A stretch of 64,000 nucleotides of DNA from Tubiluchus corallicola (taxonomy: Eukaryota > Animalia > Priapulida): contig JAQGDQ010001066.1 of assembly GCA_030141605.1 (NCBI GenBank), positions 1,837 to 65,836 of the forward strand, read 5' to 3'. The notes beneath the pieces were generated by a model, which saw only the letters and a list, made by a program, of their open reading frames with translations, had not been told where the DNA came from and did no database searches. Below, one piece after another: positions 24,685-38,806 of the stretch; position 1 is the stretch's first letter; every line of letters begins with the position of its first letter. The position numbers and the translations under genes are program-made.

Positions 24685-24965
24685 TTATATATATAAATAT
24701 ATATATATATAATAGTATATATGTATGTACTGTATATCATGTATTTCGCAAATTTATGCAATACGCAATACAGAAGTGGATAGACATAATTATTAACAAT
24801 AGAAATGTATAAATAATATGGAAATAATACACAATTTTTAATTAGTTATTGGTAAATGTAAAGGCATCTCATTCATATGTGGTAATCAATGGCCACGCCC
24901 AATGTATCAAACCATTACAGTGTAGACCTGTCACAACGTTTTTTCATCACTATAACAATACTTAC

Positions 24966-25117
24966 AATGTACTAGCCGTTCCCATGCCATTATCCATGCG
25001 AATTGCTAGCCCGGCTGGTTTAACGGTTGATTGAAGCTGAATTTCAAATCCATTTTTACCCCTAAGAACAGCATAAATCCGTTTGTCCTGTACTGCAGCT
25101 TGGAAGGGATTTAACCA
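24966..25117 (-). CDS. Pentraxin-domain protein exon
   Basis: atttag|TGG ... ACATT|gtaagt, phase 0/2; WLNPFQAAVQDKRIYAVLRGKNGFEIQLQ...ASTF joins the next exon in frame. Confidence 0.78.
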
Positions 25118-26339
25118 CTAAATAAAAAATAATAAATAAATAAATAAAATAAAATAAATAATAAATAACAGATGAAGGTTGTTGGTGTCAAGCAATTTAA
25201 CCTAGCATTCTATAATTATTTGTTTTCTTTCCGTATTTTTACAAACATGCATTTCCTGAAAATGTTTAAAACGAAGCCAAGCTTAGTCATGTGACCTAAG
25301 CTTTAGTAGTGTACACCACCTATCAATCACACTTATTCTTACACGTAGTTAGATTTTCTGTTGCCGCTATGCTGATCATGCCGTTTGGTGATACTTGCAT
25401 TGCTTTGTCTATTTTGTTGCAATTTAACAGTCACTAATTGTCTTTTCAAGCCAAAGTTGTCACCAGTAAATGTAAGTCGCCATCTGCTTTAATAATTAGT
25501 TAATAGTTTAAATTGGTTAGAATTGCTTCAAATCTCAAGAATCATGAAGTAATAATTTTTGTTTCAGTCTTCTTAAATCTAACTTTTCATTTTGTCTAAA
25601 TAGTAATAACCTTTAGCACGTTCTTAAGCACTTTTTGTGATCTGTTATTTTAATAAATTGCAGGTCTATCGCGCAGTTCAATACTGATTTTTGCCGTTTT
25701 ATTGCCTGGACTGGGCGCATCCACAAAGGTCATTACAAATATGGCAGTGTTGATATTATTGCCTGGTCGTAATTAATGACTTGCATATTTTGTACGATTT
25801 TTATAAATTAGTTTTTATCATGGGGGTATCGAGACTTCTCGACGCCCTAAGCTGGTAGATCTGTCCCTCCCATCTGTGTCGTGAATTTACCATTGATTAT
25901 GCACAGAACAGATTGAACAATTACTTGCGGTGTATTAGCAATACTATTAACCTAACCTCTCATTGTTAATTACGTGTATATGAATAGCGCTTATATATAA
26001 GCAGGCCAGGCAACTGCTTGTTGTGTAGTACATTGTGCTTGTTCGTTATGTGGCACTTATATAGCAAATGGTGCCAGTAAGTGCCTGTGGTGTGCTATAT
26101 AATGTTCGTTTTACACGAGCACTTGAACATGTTCAACTTGCTGCTGTCAAAATTTTTGCTGAGGAGTTGGGCCTTTCGGGCACATCAGTTAGTGAAATGA
26201 TCGTGCCCTTGAGATGGAGCTGCCCTCTAACTCACGCGCACCCGTTCTTGAATATTTTTGCTCTTGGTATCATTTTCATAGCTTGAAGTAAACATTTGCA
26301 AATTCTTTGACCATTGACAAACAAAAGATAACAATTAGA

Positions 26340-26728
26340 ATGGCAACAGCAACAATGGCAACAGCAACAATAGCAACAGCAACAATGGCAACAACAACAA
26401 TTGCAACAGCAACGATTGCAATACCAACAATGGCAACAGCAACAATGGCAACAACAACAATTGCAACAACAACAATGAAAACAGTAATAATGGCAACTGC
26501 AACAGCAAAGCAACGATGGCAACAGCAACAATGGCAACAGCAACAATTGCTACAACAACAGTTGCAACAGCAAAAATGGCAACAGCAACATTGGCAACAG
26601 CAACAAAGACAACGGCAACAATGGCAACAGCAACAGCCAAGCAAGGATGGCAACTGCAATAATGGCGACATCAACAACAATGACAACAACAACAACAGTG
26701 GCAATGACAATGACAATAACAACAATGT
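26340..26728. repeat. (GCAACA/CAA)n low-complexity repeat
   Basis: Direct reading. Confidence 0.93.
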
Positions 26729-27176
26729 GAGCTAAAAGAACTTATCATTAGTTGCTTGAAATCACAGTACAATAATCAAAATCTTTACCATACAAAAAGT
26801 TATTTCGTCAATAACACTTGGCAAATGTGGAGTTTCCAATACTAATTTGTTTGTTTCAGTGGAGTCAGCAGCAGAGAAAATTGCCATAAATCCGTTCAGG
26901 GCTCTGCAGTTAACAAAATTATCTGAAAAGAAACAACGATAAGTTGCTCATTTGTTCAATGTTACACGTGCTGTCAAAACATAGGGTACATTAGGATAGT
27001 GGCAACCAGTTTCTGTGCACTCAACAAAACATGTCACGTGAGCTAGTTCTTGTTTTTAATAGTGTTCTGTAGCTAATCAGCAGAGCCATCATTGTTCAGC
27101 TACATATGTTTCCCTTGCTTTAATTGTCTGTCACCTGCATCAGCAACAAATTTCAAGAAGGGATAGGTATCAAAGT

Positions 27177-27377
27177 TTGTATCAACAAACTAAGGTTGTT
27201 ATGTTTGATAAATTAAATGAAATACTTCTGCCCGAAAACCTTAATATAACTGTCTTAGGAACTAATGATCTGTTGAAGTTGTTATTATTCGGAAAAGATG
27301 AATTTAACTATGTTGCTAACTGTAAAATATTCCAATGCATACATGACTTTAAATTACGTGCTAAACGCTTCCAGTAG
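27177..27377 (+). mobile_element. CR1/L2-group LINE 3' fragment
   Basis: LLKLLLFG...NCKIFQCIHDF...KRF resembles the C-terminus of invertebrate CR1-like ORF2. Confidence 0.65.
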
Positions 27378-27455
27378 TTTCTATCTGATATGAAATGCAT
27401 CAGTCTTAAATATTCGTACATTAATATTCTCTAACCGTCATTTTCTGCGAATGTT

Positions 27456-27745
27456 TAATGTAATCTTGTAGTAAAACTTGTCAGCTCGTGCAGGCATAGT
27501 CTATTCTTACTGTAAATGTTACTAAAGTCTAACGTAATCTTGTAGCGAAACTTGTCAGCTTGTATAGATATAGTCAATTATTACTGTAAATGTTACTAAT
27601 GCCTAATGTAATCTTGTAGTAAAACTTGTCAGCTTGTGCAGGTATAGTCTATTCTTACTGTAAATGTTACTAAAGTCTAATGTAATCTTGTAGTAAAACT
27701 TGTCAGCTTGTGTAGGTATAGTCAATTCTTACAGTAAATGTTTTT
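27456..27745. repeat. ~74-bp tandem repeat x4
   Basis: Unit taatgtaatcttgtagtaaaacttgtcagc...gttactaaagtc. Confidence 0.92.
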
Positions 27746-28076
27746 ATAAATAGTGTCAATCGACTGTTGTGGTGAGGATCCTAAATCATGTTGTTCAAAC
27801 TGTCTGATCCAATCCTATAACAAATTGTGTTTAAACTAAACTAAGGGTTTATGTAAAACCAGGAAAAGTTGGACTGTTTATGATATTTGGAAATTGGTGA
27901 AAATAATGTATTATAATTTTCACGCAAACTCATCTGAACCATTTTAGACCTCAGTGATTACGTTTACTAAAAAAGCTTTTAATTTTAGTAACTAAAACAC
28001 GATTATCTAAACTTGCTTAAACTATGCACACCTGCTTGTAGGCCTCACATGAAGGGATTCAGTTGTGATACCAAAC

Positions 28077-28150
28077 CACTGAAACTTTGGATAGTACTTT
28101 GATTATGCTGGTGATATGTTGGAACTGTCTATAGTGTTGAAAGTGCATAT
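28077..28150 (-). CDS. Pentraxin-domain protein, candidate exon 3
   Basis: acttag|AT, phase 1; YMHFQHYRQFQHITSIIKVLSKVSV; weak donor gtttgg gives the required phase 0. Confidence 0.45.
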
Positions 28151-28176
28151 CTAAGTTGTAAAAACTTCTGGACCAA

Positions 28177-28414
28177 ATGGTTAGTAAAACATTCCTTCAA
28201 GAACTCGAGACGAGGTACACACTTCCGGTATTTCAGACTGTCATTGAAGCGTATCGAAAGCAGTATCGATTGTACTCTCAATACTACAAAGACAATCTGA
28301 AATATTGGAAGTGTATTCTATGTCTTGCCTTCTTGGAGGAATGTTTTGCTAATCATTTGGTCCCGAAATTATTACATTTTAGTGAGCAGTTTCGAGACTA
28401 CAAGGAAATCTGTC
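28177..28414 (+). mobile_element. Possible Penelope-like ORF N-terminal fragment
   Basis: LAFLEECFANHLVPKLLHF resembles the xFLxxCxxxxLxPKFL motif of PLE ORFs; interrupted by the SINE-like element. Confidence 0.4.
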
Positions 28415-28866
28415 TGTTGTTGTTGTTGGTGGCATCCGTCTGTCTCGGAAGACAATGGAGTGTGAGCCAAGAGAGTCAGTTATTGATCATATCGGTGGAG
28501 CTGCAGCGTCGACTGTGGCTGAGTAATCCGATCCTTGAACCACTGGAGTGGTCTCTCCAGGGCGCACGCCTGGCAAGGTGTATGGAGATCCTGAGTTGCC
28601 CAGACAACAGGAACCCCTTTTCTTCCTCGCTGGTGTAGTCCAAAGGAAAGCGGAGTTATACGTTTGGCACCAGGTTGGCTGCAGGAGCTGCCGGAGTCAG
28701 TGAGCATGCTGCACTGGTCCGCCTTCGGGGCTCCACTCCTGATTTGGAAGGGTTAATCCTCTACACATGGCCGTTGGGTCACTTGACCTCCTCCGCCCTC
28801 TAGTTGTTGGCTGCCTGTGCAGCTCCTCCGCCTAGTGTCGAGATACAGTGTGGGCATCCCACCTGG
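28415..28866 (-). mobile_element. Non-autonomous RTE-related SINE-like element, copy 2
   Basis: Similar to 10172-10598; (TTG)n tail on the + strand at ~28415-28428. Confidence 0.7.
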
Positions 28867-29164
28867 CATACGAAAATCTGTCTACAGTATGCCTAATCTT
28901 AATACAAGCTGACTGGAGAGGTGACTTGCCACAACTAGGCGAGTGCTGGAATCTTAGGAAAAATAGTGAAATAAGAGGACATGTGAAAGAAAGTCATTTC
29001 CTAGTCCATGTTGCTAAATGCTGCACCGATTGATGGTAACACTAATGAAACTGCCGGTGTTTTGCTGGTATGAGCAGTAAGCTACGTCTTCTTCTATATT
29101 TTATTCACACCCAACAATTAAATATAGTCTATAACAAAATAACGATATACTATATCTTCTATAG

Positions 29165-29253
29165 TATATACTATATATATATATATGTGTGTATACTATA
29201 TACTACATACCACATACACAGTATATATTCATATATATATATATATATATATA

Positions 29254-29321
<68 letters not shown>

Positions 29322-29352
29322 TATGTGTGTGTACTATATATATATATATATA
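29165..29352. repeat. (TA)n microsatellite
   Basis: Direct reading. Confidence 0.95.
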
Positions 29353-29372
29353 ATGTTGATAATTATACTTAC

Positions 29373-29436
29373 ACGCGAATTCATCTTTAAGGTTCACACT
29401 TGATTGCACGTCCATGATCATAATAGCAAGCAATAC
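29373..29436 (-). CDS. Pentraxin-domain protein, exon 2 (end of signal peptide)
   Basis: ttcttag|GTA ... GCGT|gtaagt, phase 0/1; [21 protein letters not shown]. Confidence 0.65.
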
Positions 29437-29669
29437 CTAAGAACAAAATTTATGCGATTTCTTAAGCTTTTCCTCATTAAAACCTTAACGTTTGCAACAT
29501 TATCACGTGCACATTATATTATTACATAAGACGCTCTCGTACCAATAACTACATTCTACGTTTTTAATAAGTTCATACTAGACAAAGCATTGCTAATGGT
29601 GAGTTCAGACGTAGCGAATGTGCTGAGAGTTAACTTGTGCTATTAGTTACGTGCGATTTCACACCTGTT

Positions 29670-30201
<532 letters not shown>

Positions 30202-30544
30202 GGTCATAAAAAACAACAACGAATTATACATGACTGCACGTACTACTCTTTCAAATCGAAGATACAGTACATGACAGATTAGAATAGATAAAGTACAACA
30301 AAACTATAATACAATTAAATTCACCTTACATACTAAAATAAATTAGGTTCTTTACAAGTTTGCTATTTCATAGGATATTTCTGGTATGTAGATCCTTACA
30401 AAATTCTCTTTCTAGTAAACGTTTAACATTAATTCAGATAAGATAAGGCAAATTCAGGGGTGTCTTACATATTGCACAAACGGATTGACCTAGCTTATTA
30501 ATTTTGTAGAGGACTCTAATAACTTAGATGATACTGATAACATT

Positions 30545-30912
30545 GCTGATATCTCGGTGAGACATAAGACATTTATAAACTATAAGTTTGAATCAATTAA
30601 ATATTTCAGTGGCATTACATTGCAGAAATACTGAAGCAAATCAAATGCACTCATTTCTTTTTGTAATTAAACATACTCCTGCAAACAGCATTCCATGAAA
30701 CTTTGATAGTTTGTAAGTCTCTGCTTTTCACTGACCACAGTTAGAAATTATCAAAGTTTCATGGAATGCTGTTTGCAGTAGAATTTTTTATTACGAAACG
30801 AAATGAGAGCGTTTGATTTGCTTCAGTATTTCTGCAATGCAATGCCACTGAAGTATTTAATTGATTTAAACTTACAGTTTATAAACGTCTTATGTCTCAC
30901 CGAGATATCAGC
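30545..30912. repeat. Long inverted repeat (~170-bp arms, ~24-bp spacer)
   Basis: gctgatatctcggtgagacataagac... and ...gtcttatgtctcaccgagatatcagc. Confidence 0.92.
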
Positions 30913-30988
30913 TATGCTTTTCAATGATCACACTTGGCGTCAATAGTAACAATTTACCAATAAAAGATACTAACATATTTATACTTAC

Positions 30989-31009
30989 GAAGTATTTTAC
31001 TTCTAGCAT
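30989..31009 (-). CDS. Pentraxin-domain protein, first coding exon
   Basis: ATG CTA GAA GTA AAA TAC TTC|gtaagt; with exon 2 gives the signal peptide [19 protein letters not shown]. Confidence 0.6.
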
Positions 31010-31894
31010 GTTTGACGAGTGTATTGAGTTCTGGACAATTTGAAATGTTCGTCTGAACGGTATGGAAATTGAAGAAACTTAATGTCAACTTTAAGTTTGT
31101 TAACCCGTCTTGCTTTGTAGTTTAAGTATGTGACACTGGCTGTGTTTCGTAACGACCTGCTCTGCGTTGCACGTCTGTCGCTTCAAACATTTAGTGTGCT
31201 TGATTGATGGGGCTGTTGAGTGCATGCAGTTCCTTGTTCTGTTTGGTGGTGCTAATGACCAAATTCTCATTAACAATGCTCTCTGTTTTCTGCTGACAAT
31301 TTCCTTGTTTTTTAAACCTAGCTGTTTTTAAACATTTTGGAAAGCTTAAATGTTAAACAAATACAGTAACAATAATTTGAAAGTGTAAAAATACAGTGTA
31401 TAAATCTTAATCCAGGCATCTTAATCAAGTTATCTTAATTTTACATACTAGTAACAAATAATAGTCTTTCTATCTTTTGTATCATCTCATATATGAGCTT
31501 CATTCATTACATCGTTCCATTTTAAGCCCTAATGTTTTTTTATAATACGATTCACTTTAAATTTTCAGATTATTTCCATTACTTTTTTTTCTTTCACTGT
31601 GTGGGACAATCTAACAAGCCCTGCTTTTTGATTGCTCGCAACACATTTACATTTGTAAATAGGTGAACAGTGTTTGAGGCTTTTCCTGTGCAGTATTTCT
31701 TATTTGTATTATGTTCATTGTAGACCCTTTCACTAGATATTGTACATGAAACTAATGTAAATTGTGTAGCTAGTGTAATTTGACATAAATGACTTATGAC
31801 TTACTGGCAACAATTTACCATGATGGGCACAAATACAGAAAACTATTGCTAATCTCAGTCTTTTCTTCAGACATTATTTTATTAATATTTTCGC

Positions 31895-32013
<119 letters not shown>

Positions 32014-32069
32014 CTTTATTTAAAGTCGAAACTTTGATGCTCTAGGCTGTAGCTTAGTTAATCTATTAC

Positions 32070-32587
32070 TTAAATGAAAACCGTATGATTGTGTAAACAC
32101 TAGCTCAGAATAAAGAATGCTCTAAAATATTGAAATCAAAGCTTAGATTAAATAATAATTACCTCGGATACTAAAATTTTGTTAAACTTTCAAAGCTACG
32201 CGCGGCTCAGTGAATCTATTAAGATTGGCAGCGGCGCCTTTTTGTCATATTCGCGTGGCCGAGAAATAGAAGGCGGTACCATGATAAGCATGATCATGAA
32301 CTGCAGTGTTAGACGTCATATGATGTAAAGCCCATTTTTCGTGACATCATGCGTTTAAGCAGTACTGTAACACTTACGCAAACGTGCTTGATGCGCAATG
32401 GAAGACGCCTGCCATTGCACAAACTGTGGTTAGTTTCTGACGTAAGCAATAGCTGTGCTCGGTTGCCGTTAATTAACCTTCTAAGCTAATTATTCAAATA
32501 TAAGAAACAATTGCTAACTTTTATATGCAAGAAAATGTATATTTTGGACAGTAAATTAAAATGAGATTGAGTCCGGTCTTCCTTTAA
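32070..32587. mobile_element. TTAA-flanked (Kolobok-like) MITE, copy 1
   Basis: Similar to 34257-34831 and to the inverted copy at 55818-56360; ends ccggtcttcct|ttaa. Confidence 0.65.
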
Positions 32588-32804
32588 CAAGGCCTAATTT
32601 GATCAACAGTACACCTTCTTGCCCCCAAAGTTGTGAAGGTCTTTGCATTGCGAGGATAGTAATTTGCATCATAATGAAAGTTTGTGAATTGCTAATCATT
32701 TCAATTACAGTTCTATGGCTTCCAGTCAGCTTAATGAAACATTTCATTAAGTGAACGAGACAGGCTTCAAATATATGTATGTATGATATATTGAATATTA
32801 TTGT

Positions 32805-33060
32805 ATACAATACGATACAATACAATGCAGTGCAAAGCAATGCAATACAATACAATACAATACAATACAATACAATACAATACAATACAATACAATACGA
32901 TACAATACGATACAATACGATACAATACGATACAATACGATACAATACGATACAATACGATACAGTACGATACAGTACGATACAGTACGACACAGTACAA
33001 CACAATACAACACAATACAACACAATACAACACAATACAATACAATACAACACAACACAA
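32805..33060. repeat. (CAATA/CGATA)n pentanucleotide microsatellite
   Basis: Direct reading. Confidence 0.95.
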
Positions 33061-33809
33061 AGCAATTCGACATGATTAAATACAAAACCATACAATATAC
33101 ACAACGAAACAAATTTGCGACACATTATAGTCCAATACCAATGGGAGTGTAATATAAGGTCCAATGGCGCAGTTCAGTACGATACAAATTATGTAATGCA
33201 TTGCAATACAAAACAGCCGCTGCGCAACGTGGTACAATACAAATTAGTAAAATGTGAATTATTGTGAATATTAGTAATATTGTGAATATTATCAAATATA
33301 TATAGTGTATGATATTTAGCCGGTAGTATTTGGAAATTACTACATATTTTGCACAAATAATTCGGGTTACACAATTTCTGTTGTGACAGAATTTTGGAAA
33401 AGAAACTACAAAAGTAACACGGGCTTATGACTATATGCAAAGCGTTTCTATGCGACTTTTTGTACTCAAAACGTTTTCCCGAAGAACACGTCTTTGATAT
33501 GTCCGTTCGGCAACCAAAATTCAGGCGGTATTTATGCAGCTTACTGTATGTTAGCCCGGGGGAGTGAAAGAAAATGAGATGCCGATATTTGGTACATGTC
33601 TTCTCCACCTTAATTTACGCTAAGTTAAGTCTGGGCAGTGTTCTGTGTCTGTGTGATGTAGTCGGTCAGTAGAATGAGAACTTGGTCAGTGTTATTCGGT
33701 ATGTGCGCCTGCCTGGCTGAAAAGGGGGAAGCAAGTCAGAGAGAAGGGAAGTTAGATGAGAGGAGCAGTGATGATGATGAAGGAGAGATGAAAACAGAGG
33801 GTGATGGGT

Positions 33810-33812
<3 letters not shown>

Positions 33813-33878
<66 letters not shown>

Positions 33879-33900
33879 AGAGAGAGAGAGAGAGAGAGAG
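33813..33900. repeat. (GA)n microsatellite
   Basis: Direct reading. Confidence 0.95.
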
Positions 33901-34256
33901 TTTTAAAATAAAGTTTTAAAGCACATCAGAACAATCAGTTTATTGTAGCTGTGCACCTGCATTTTAACAATTTTAATTTTATTTGCCAAGTAGTTAGGTG
34001 CTGTATAAATAAGCTGTAAAATTAGCCCTTTATATCTTTCGTTTTTCACAGTTTTATTAAACAAAAGTGGCACTGTGATTGAACCTTGCTTGACTCCTGT
34101 TTTTATTTTCTGGCAGAAATGGTAACATTTGCCTTTCTCATGCGTGAATTTTCCATTTCCTTTTCTTAGAAGTTCTTTGATATTAAGATTTTTTATATTG
34201 TACTGCTTACACTGTTACTGAGAGACAGTATTTTTGGTCAAATTAACTGGGAAGTT

Positions 34257-34831
34257 ATAACCAATGAACACCTCTTTAAAGGAAAACTGGAGATTGTGTA
34301 GGCATGAGTTCAAAATAAAGAATGCTGTAAAATATTGAAAACTACAATAACTTTTTTTCAATCAAAGCTTAGATTAAATAATAATTACCTCGGATAGTCA
34401 AATTTCGTTAAACTTTCAAAGCTACGCGCAGCTCAGTGAATCTATTAAGATTGGCAGCGGCGCCTTTTTGTCACATTCGCGTGGACGACAAATGGAAGGC
34501 GGTACCGTGATAAGCATGATCATGAACTGCTGTGTTAGTTTCTGACGTCATATGATGTAAAGCCCATTTTTCGTGACATCATGCGTTTAAACAGTACTGT
34601 AACATTTGTGCCAATGTGCTTGACGCGCAATGGAAGACGCCAGCCATTGCACAAACTATGGTTAGTTTCTGACGTAAGCAATAGCTGTATTCAGTTGCCG
34701 TTATATGACTATCTAAGCTAATTATTCAAATATAAGGAACAATTGATAACTTTTATAGGCAAGAAAATGTATATTTTGGACAGTAAATTAAAATGAGATT
34801 GAGTCTAAACAATCGTCCGGTCTTCCTTTAA
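34257..34831. mobile_element. TTAA-flanked (Kolobok-like) MITE, copy 2
   Basis: ttaa|aggaaaactggagattgt ... acaatcgtccggtcttcct|ttaa. Confidence 0.7.
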
Positions 34832-34953
34832 TAACATTTCGAAAAGAACCTTTAATGTACATTTAGTTTGATGCAACGTCTCTCCTTTCTTATCTGAGCA
34901 GAAAGCAAACAAACGAACCAAAAATTCAATTCCAGTTTTCATCAGGATAGCAG

Positions 34954-36370
34954 ACTTTAGTCTTGCTCTCAACATTGTGCCACAAGCACTGTGCAACTTT
35001 AGTCTTGCTCTCGACGTTGCGCCACAAGCACTGTGCAACTTTAGTCTTGCTCTCGACATTGTGCCACAAACACTGTGCAACTTTAGTCTTGATCTCGACA
35101 TTGTGCCAAAAGCACTGTGCAACTTTAGTCTTGATCTCAACATTGTGCCACAAGCACTGTGCAACTTTAGTCTTGATCTCGACATTGTGCCACAAGCACT
35201 GTGCCACTTTAGTCTTGACCTCGACATTGTGCCAAAAGCACTGTGCAACTTTAGCCTTGTTCCCGACATTGTGCCGAAAGCACTCTGTAGAATATAGTCT
35301 TGTTCTCGACATTGTGCCAAAAGCACTGGTGCAACCTTAGCCTTGTTATCCGCATTGTGCGGAAAGCACTCTGTAGAATTTAGTCTTGTTCTCGACATTG
35401 GGCCAAAAGCACTGGTGCAACTTTAGCCTTGACCTCGACATTGTGTCAAAAGCACTGTGCAAGTTTAGCCTTGACCTCGACATTGTGCCAAAAGCACTGT
35501 GCAACTTTAGCCTTGTTCTCGACATTGTGCCAAAAGCACTGTGCAACTTTAGTCTTGTTATCCGCATTGTGCCGAAAGCACTGTGCAACTTTAGCCTTGA
35601 CCTCGACATTGTGCCAAAAGCACTGTGCAACTTTAGCCTTGTTCTCGACATTGTGCCGAAAGCACTCTGTAGAATATAGTCTTGTTCTCGACATTGTGCC
35701 AAAAGCGCTGGTGCAAGTTTAGCCTTGACCTCGACATTGTGCCAAAAGCACTGTGCAACTTTAGCCTTGTTCTCGACATTGTGCCAAAAGCACTGTGCAA
35801 CTTTAGTCTTGTTATCCGCATTGTGCCGAAAGCACTGTGCAACTTTAGCCTTGACCTCGACATTGTGCCAAAAGCACTGTGCAACTTTAGCCTTGTTCTC
35901 GACATTGTGCCGAAAGCACTCTGTAGAATATAGTCTTGTTCTCGACATTGTGCCAAAAGCACTGGTGCAACTTTAGCCTTGCAATCCGCATTGTGCCAAA
36001 AGCACTGTGCAACTTTAGCCTTGATCTCGACATTGTGCCAAAAGCACTGTGCAACTTTAGCCTTGACCTCGACATTGTGCCGAAAGCACTGTGCAACTTT
36101 AGCCTTGACCTCGACATTGTGCCAAAAGCACTGTGCAACTTTAGCCTTGATATCGACATTGTGCCAAAAGCACTGTGCAACTTTAGCCTTGATTTCGACA
36201 TTGTGCCAAAAGCATTGGTGCCACTTTAGCCTTGACCTCGACATTGTGCCAAAAGCACTGTGCAACTTTAGCCTTGTTCTCGACATTGTGCCAAAAGCAC
36301 TGTGCAACTTTAGCCTTGATTTCGACGTTGTGCCAAAAGCACTGTGCAACTTTAGCCATGTTATTGACAC
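34954..36370. repeat. 42-bp minisatellite, ~33 copies, with a 254-bp higher-order period
   Basis: Unit actttagccttgacctcgacattgtgccaaaagcactgtgca; the variant gcactctgtagaatatag recurs at ~35662 and ~35916. Confidence 0.95.
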
Positions 36371-37569
36371 ATGGTGTCATATAATAGTGATGGTGGTGTC
36401 ATTTCCGAGGGATGTCTGGTTCGCGGGTTTTACTCGCTAGATGGCGCCAGGAACTCCTTGGTCTTTCGTTTCGCCATCGTTTGTGTCACATTTCACTTTG
36501 CAGCATTTTTTTCAAATCGTGCATCATATAGGTTTTACAAGTCAAACGTAGACACAGGAAAGTTCAAATGTGACTTACGTAAGTCAAACGTAGATGCATT
36601 ACTTTAAATAAATCAGTAATAAAGTCATTTAAGTGCAAATTACGAAAAGGTAAAACAAAGATAGTCATCATCTCTTTCATAACTTTTAAAAATGCGTTGT
36701 TTATCCTCTTTTAGAAACGAAATTCTTTGATAAACCATAACGTCGGTAGAAAAGAATATATTGGTTCCCACTTCCCAATGAACAATGAATCACTAATTAG
36801 TTTTTTAAGTAATGCGTTAGCACTGCATGAATGAATTAGTTTCTCTCAAGAAACATTTTTTTATTTTAAGAATGTATTGCTTTCTCTAACAGTTCCAATG
36901 GTATGTAAAGTTTACAGAATATTAATGAACTATTAGTAGACCTATAAAGTTATTATTTTCACAGCAATTTTGAAATTAATATTAAAGAAGATTAAATTTA
37001 ACATCCTTAAGGTTTACACATCCGCATTTGGGATACCAATTTCACATTTGACTTGACATGTGTCTACATTTGATTTACCAAAAACGCTTGAGATTTCTTG
37101 AAACCCGTTGTTAACACATTTGAACTAACCTAAGTCTACATTTGAACTAACCTAAGTCTACATTTGACTTGACCTAGGTCTATATTTGGCATGTAAAACC
37201 TATAAGAAACCTTGATATGTGAAACCTTATATGAAACCCTACATATTTGATATGTAAAACCTATATAGAAACGCGGTATCCAGGGAGACCGTTACTAGGC
37301 ATTTGGTCAGCCTGCCATTTCACGAAATTTCACGAGCAACACCGACTAAAATATTTTGTATAAAAATGAAATTTCGAGACCCGATTTCATTAGCAAGGAA
37401 GTCACGAAATTTAATAAAACTAGTGTCAAACTTGTCTATTAACCACTTATTTGCATTCCTGTGAAGTGAACAAAGCGAGCTTATGATACACCTCTACAAT
37501 ATGCGCAAAAATAATATAAAACATTGGCTATATTTTGGCTATACAGTCACTGTACTGGAAATCTGGCAT

Positions 37570-37700
37570 TGGCGGGCTTTGTGGCCTCCACTTGTTGTTG
37601 GTTTTCGCCACCTTGTGGCGATTTTTTGGCCTGGTCACGTGATCAGTTTGATCGGTGTCAGAGGCGTGTGACGTGAGGACGTGTCATTGTGGGTTGATTA
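37570..37700. promoter_or_regulatory. Candidate promoter/insulator patch
   Basis: Locally GC/CpG-rich; CTCF-like GCCACAAGGTGGCG (minus strand, 37606-37619), E-box GTCACGTGA (37634-37642), TGACGT. Confidence 0.3.
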
Positions 37701-38806
37701 ATGTTGTCGTTATCTGTTGCAATTGCTTATGATTTGGGGCTAAAAGCGTACGTATATACTCAAATTACTTTATAAAATTTAAATTTACTATTAGATAACA
37801 GCTGTTTATTGATTAATGCGGCGGTGCAGTGTGAAACTCTGAATTATGTAAAATTGACTTTTGGCTAGTGTTATTTTTTTGTCATTTGTTTTTGGTTTTG
37901 TTTAGATGGAATGATATGTTTTGGTAAATAAAAAAGGAAGAAAGAGCAAAATGTAATCTAGCTTCAAATTTGGTTTTGAAAGCCCAAACAGTCACTCTGC
38001 CTATAGTTTAAGAACAAGTATTATTGGATCAGGAAATTTTATTGTATATTATATAAGCCTCTAAACTTATTTATTTGATTTTATAGTAGAATATTTAGAA
38101 GATGAAGTGATTTATTGATGTACTTTTTAACTGATGTTTCATATTTTTAATTTCTGTTTATTTTTATTATGTTTTTTTTGTAAATTTTCGTAGTTTTCTA
38201 ATAGTTTTTATTGTAAATTATCAGCTTTTACATGACATTTTAGTGTGCTGAAATAAACTTTAAACAAACATAAATAGATAAAATAAGCATGTATGTTATG
38301 CGCAAATTACACGTATAATTTGTTTTTTATTTTTCCCGCATGAGGGAGCCAAAAACTAAGGGGGACAAGTGGGCAATTCCTGGCAGGCTTGACTGGTTAT
38401 TGCAGAGACTAACTTGTAATGTGGATAATGCAATTTTTATGTGAGAAATTTAATGTCATGCTTCATAAACCATAAACATTGTGCTCACTCTAGCCGAATG
38501 AAGTAAGTGATTTTTGTAAATCTAAGTTTATTAATTAGAAAGCAATTTTCTGTGTAATTTTTTTGTTCAAATTTCTGTAGTTTTGTTCAAATTGCATTAC
38601 TGAAAATTTCATGTATTCTTTTGTTTTTCTCCTATAGAAAATGAAGACTGCAGTAAACACCTTATGAAAGGTACTGCCGTGTGTTAACAATGTACATAAA
38701 ATACTAATGATAATACTGGGTAAGTATCATTGAAGAAATCTAAATCTGGTCGATGTTACCCCAATGTACCATATCAGTAGAGGTAACTGACGTATGAAAA
38801 TAATAT

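Noticed and set aside
25655-25775. Short GC-richer open stretch as an extra pentraxin exon
   Set aside because: No phase-compatible donor/acceptor pair or recognisable motif
34954-36370. CRISPR-like array and its many ORFs
   Set aside because: Eukaryotic context, no unique spacers and no cas genes; it is a tandem minisatellite
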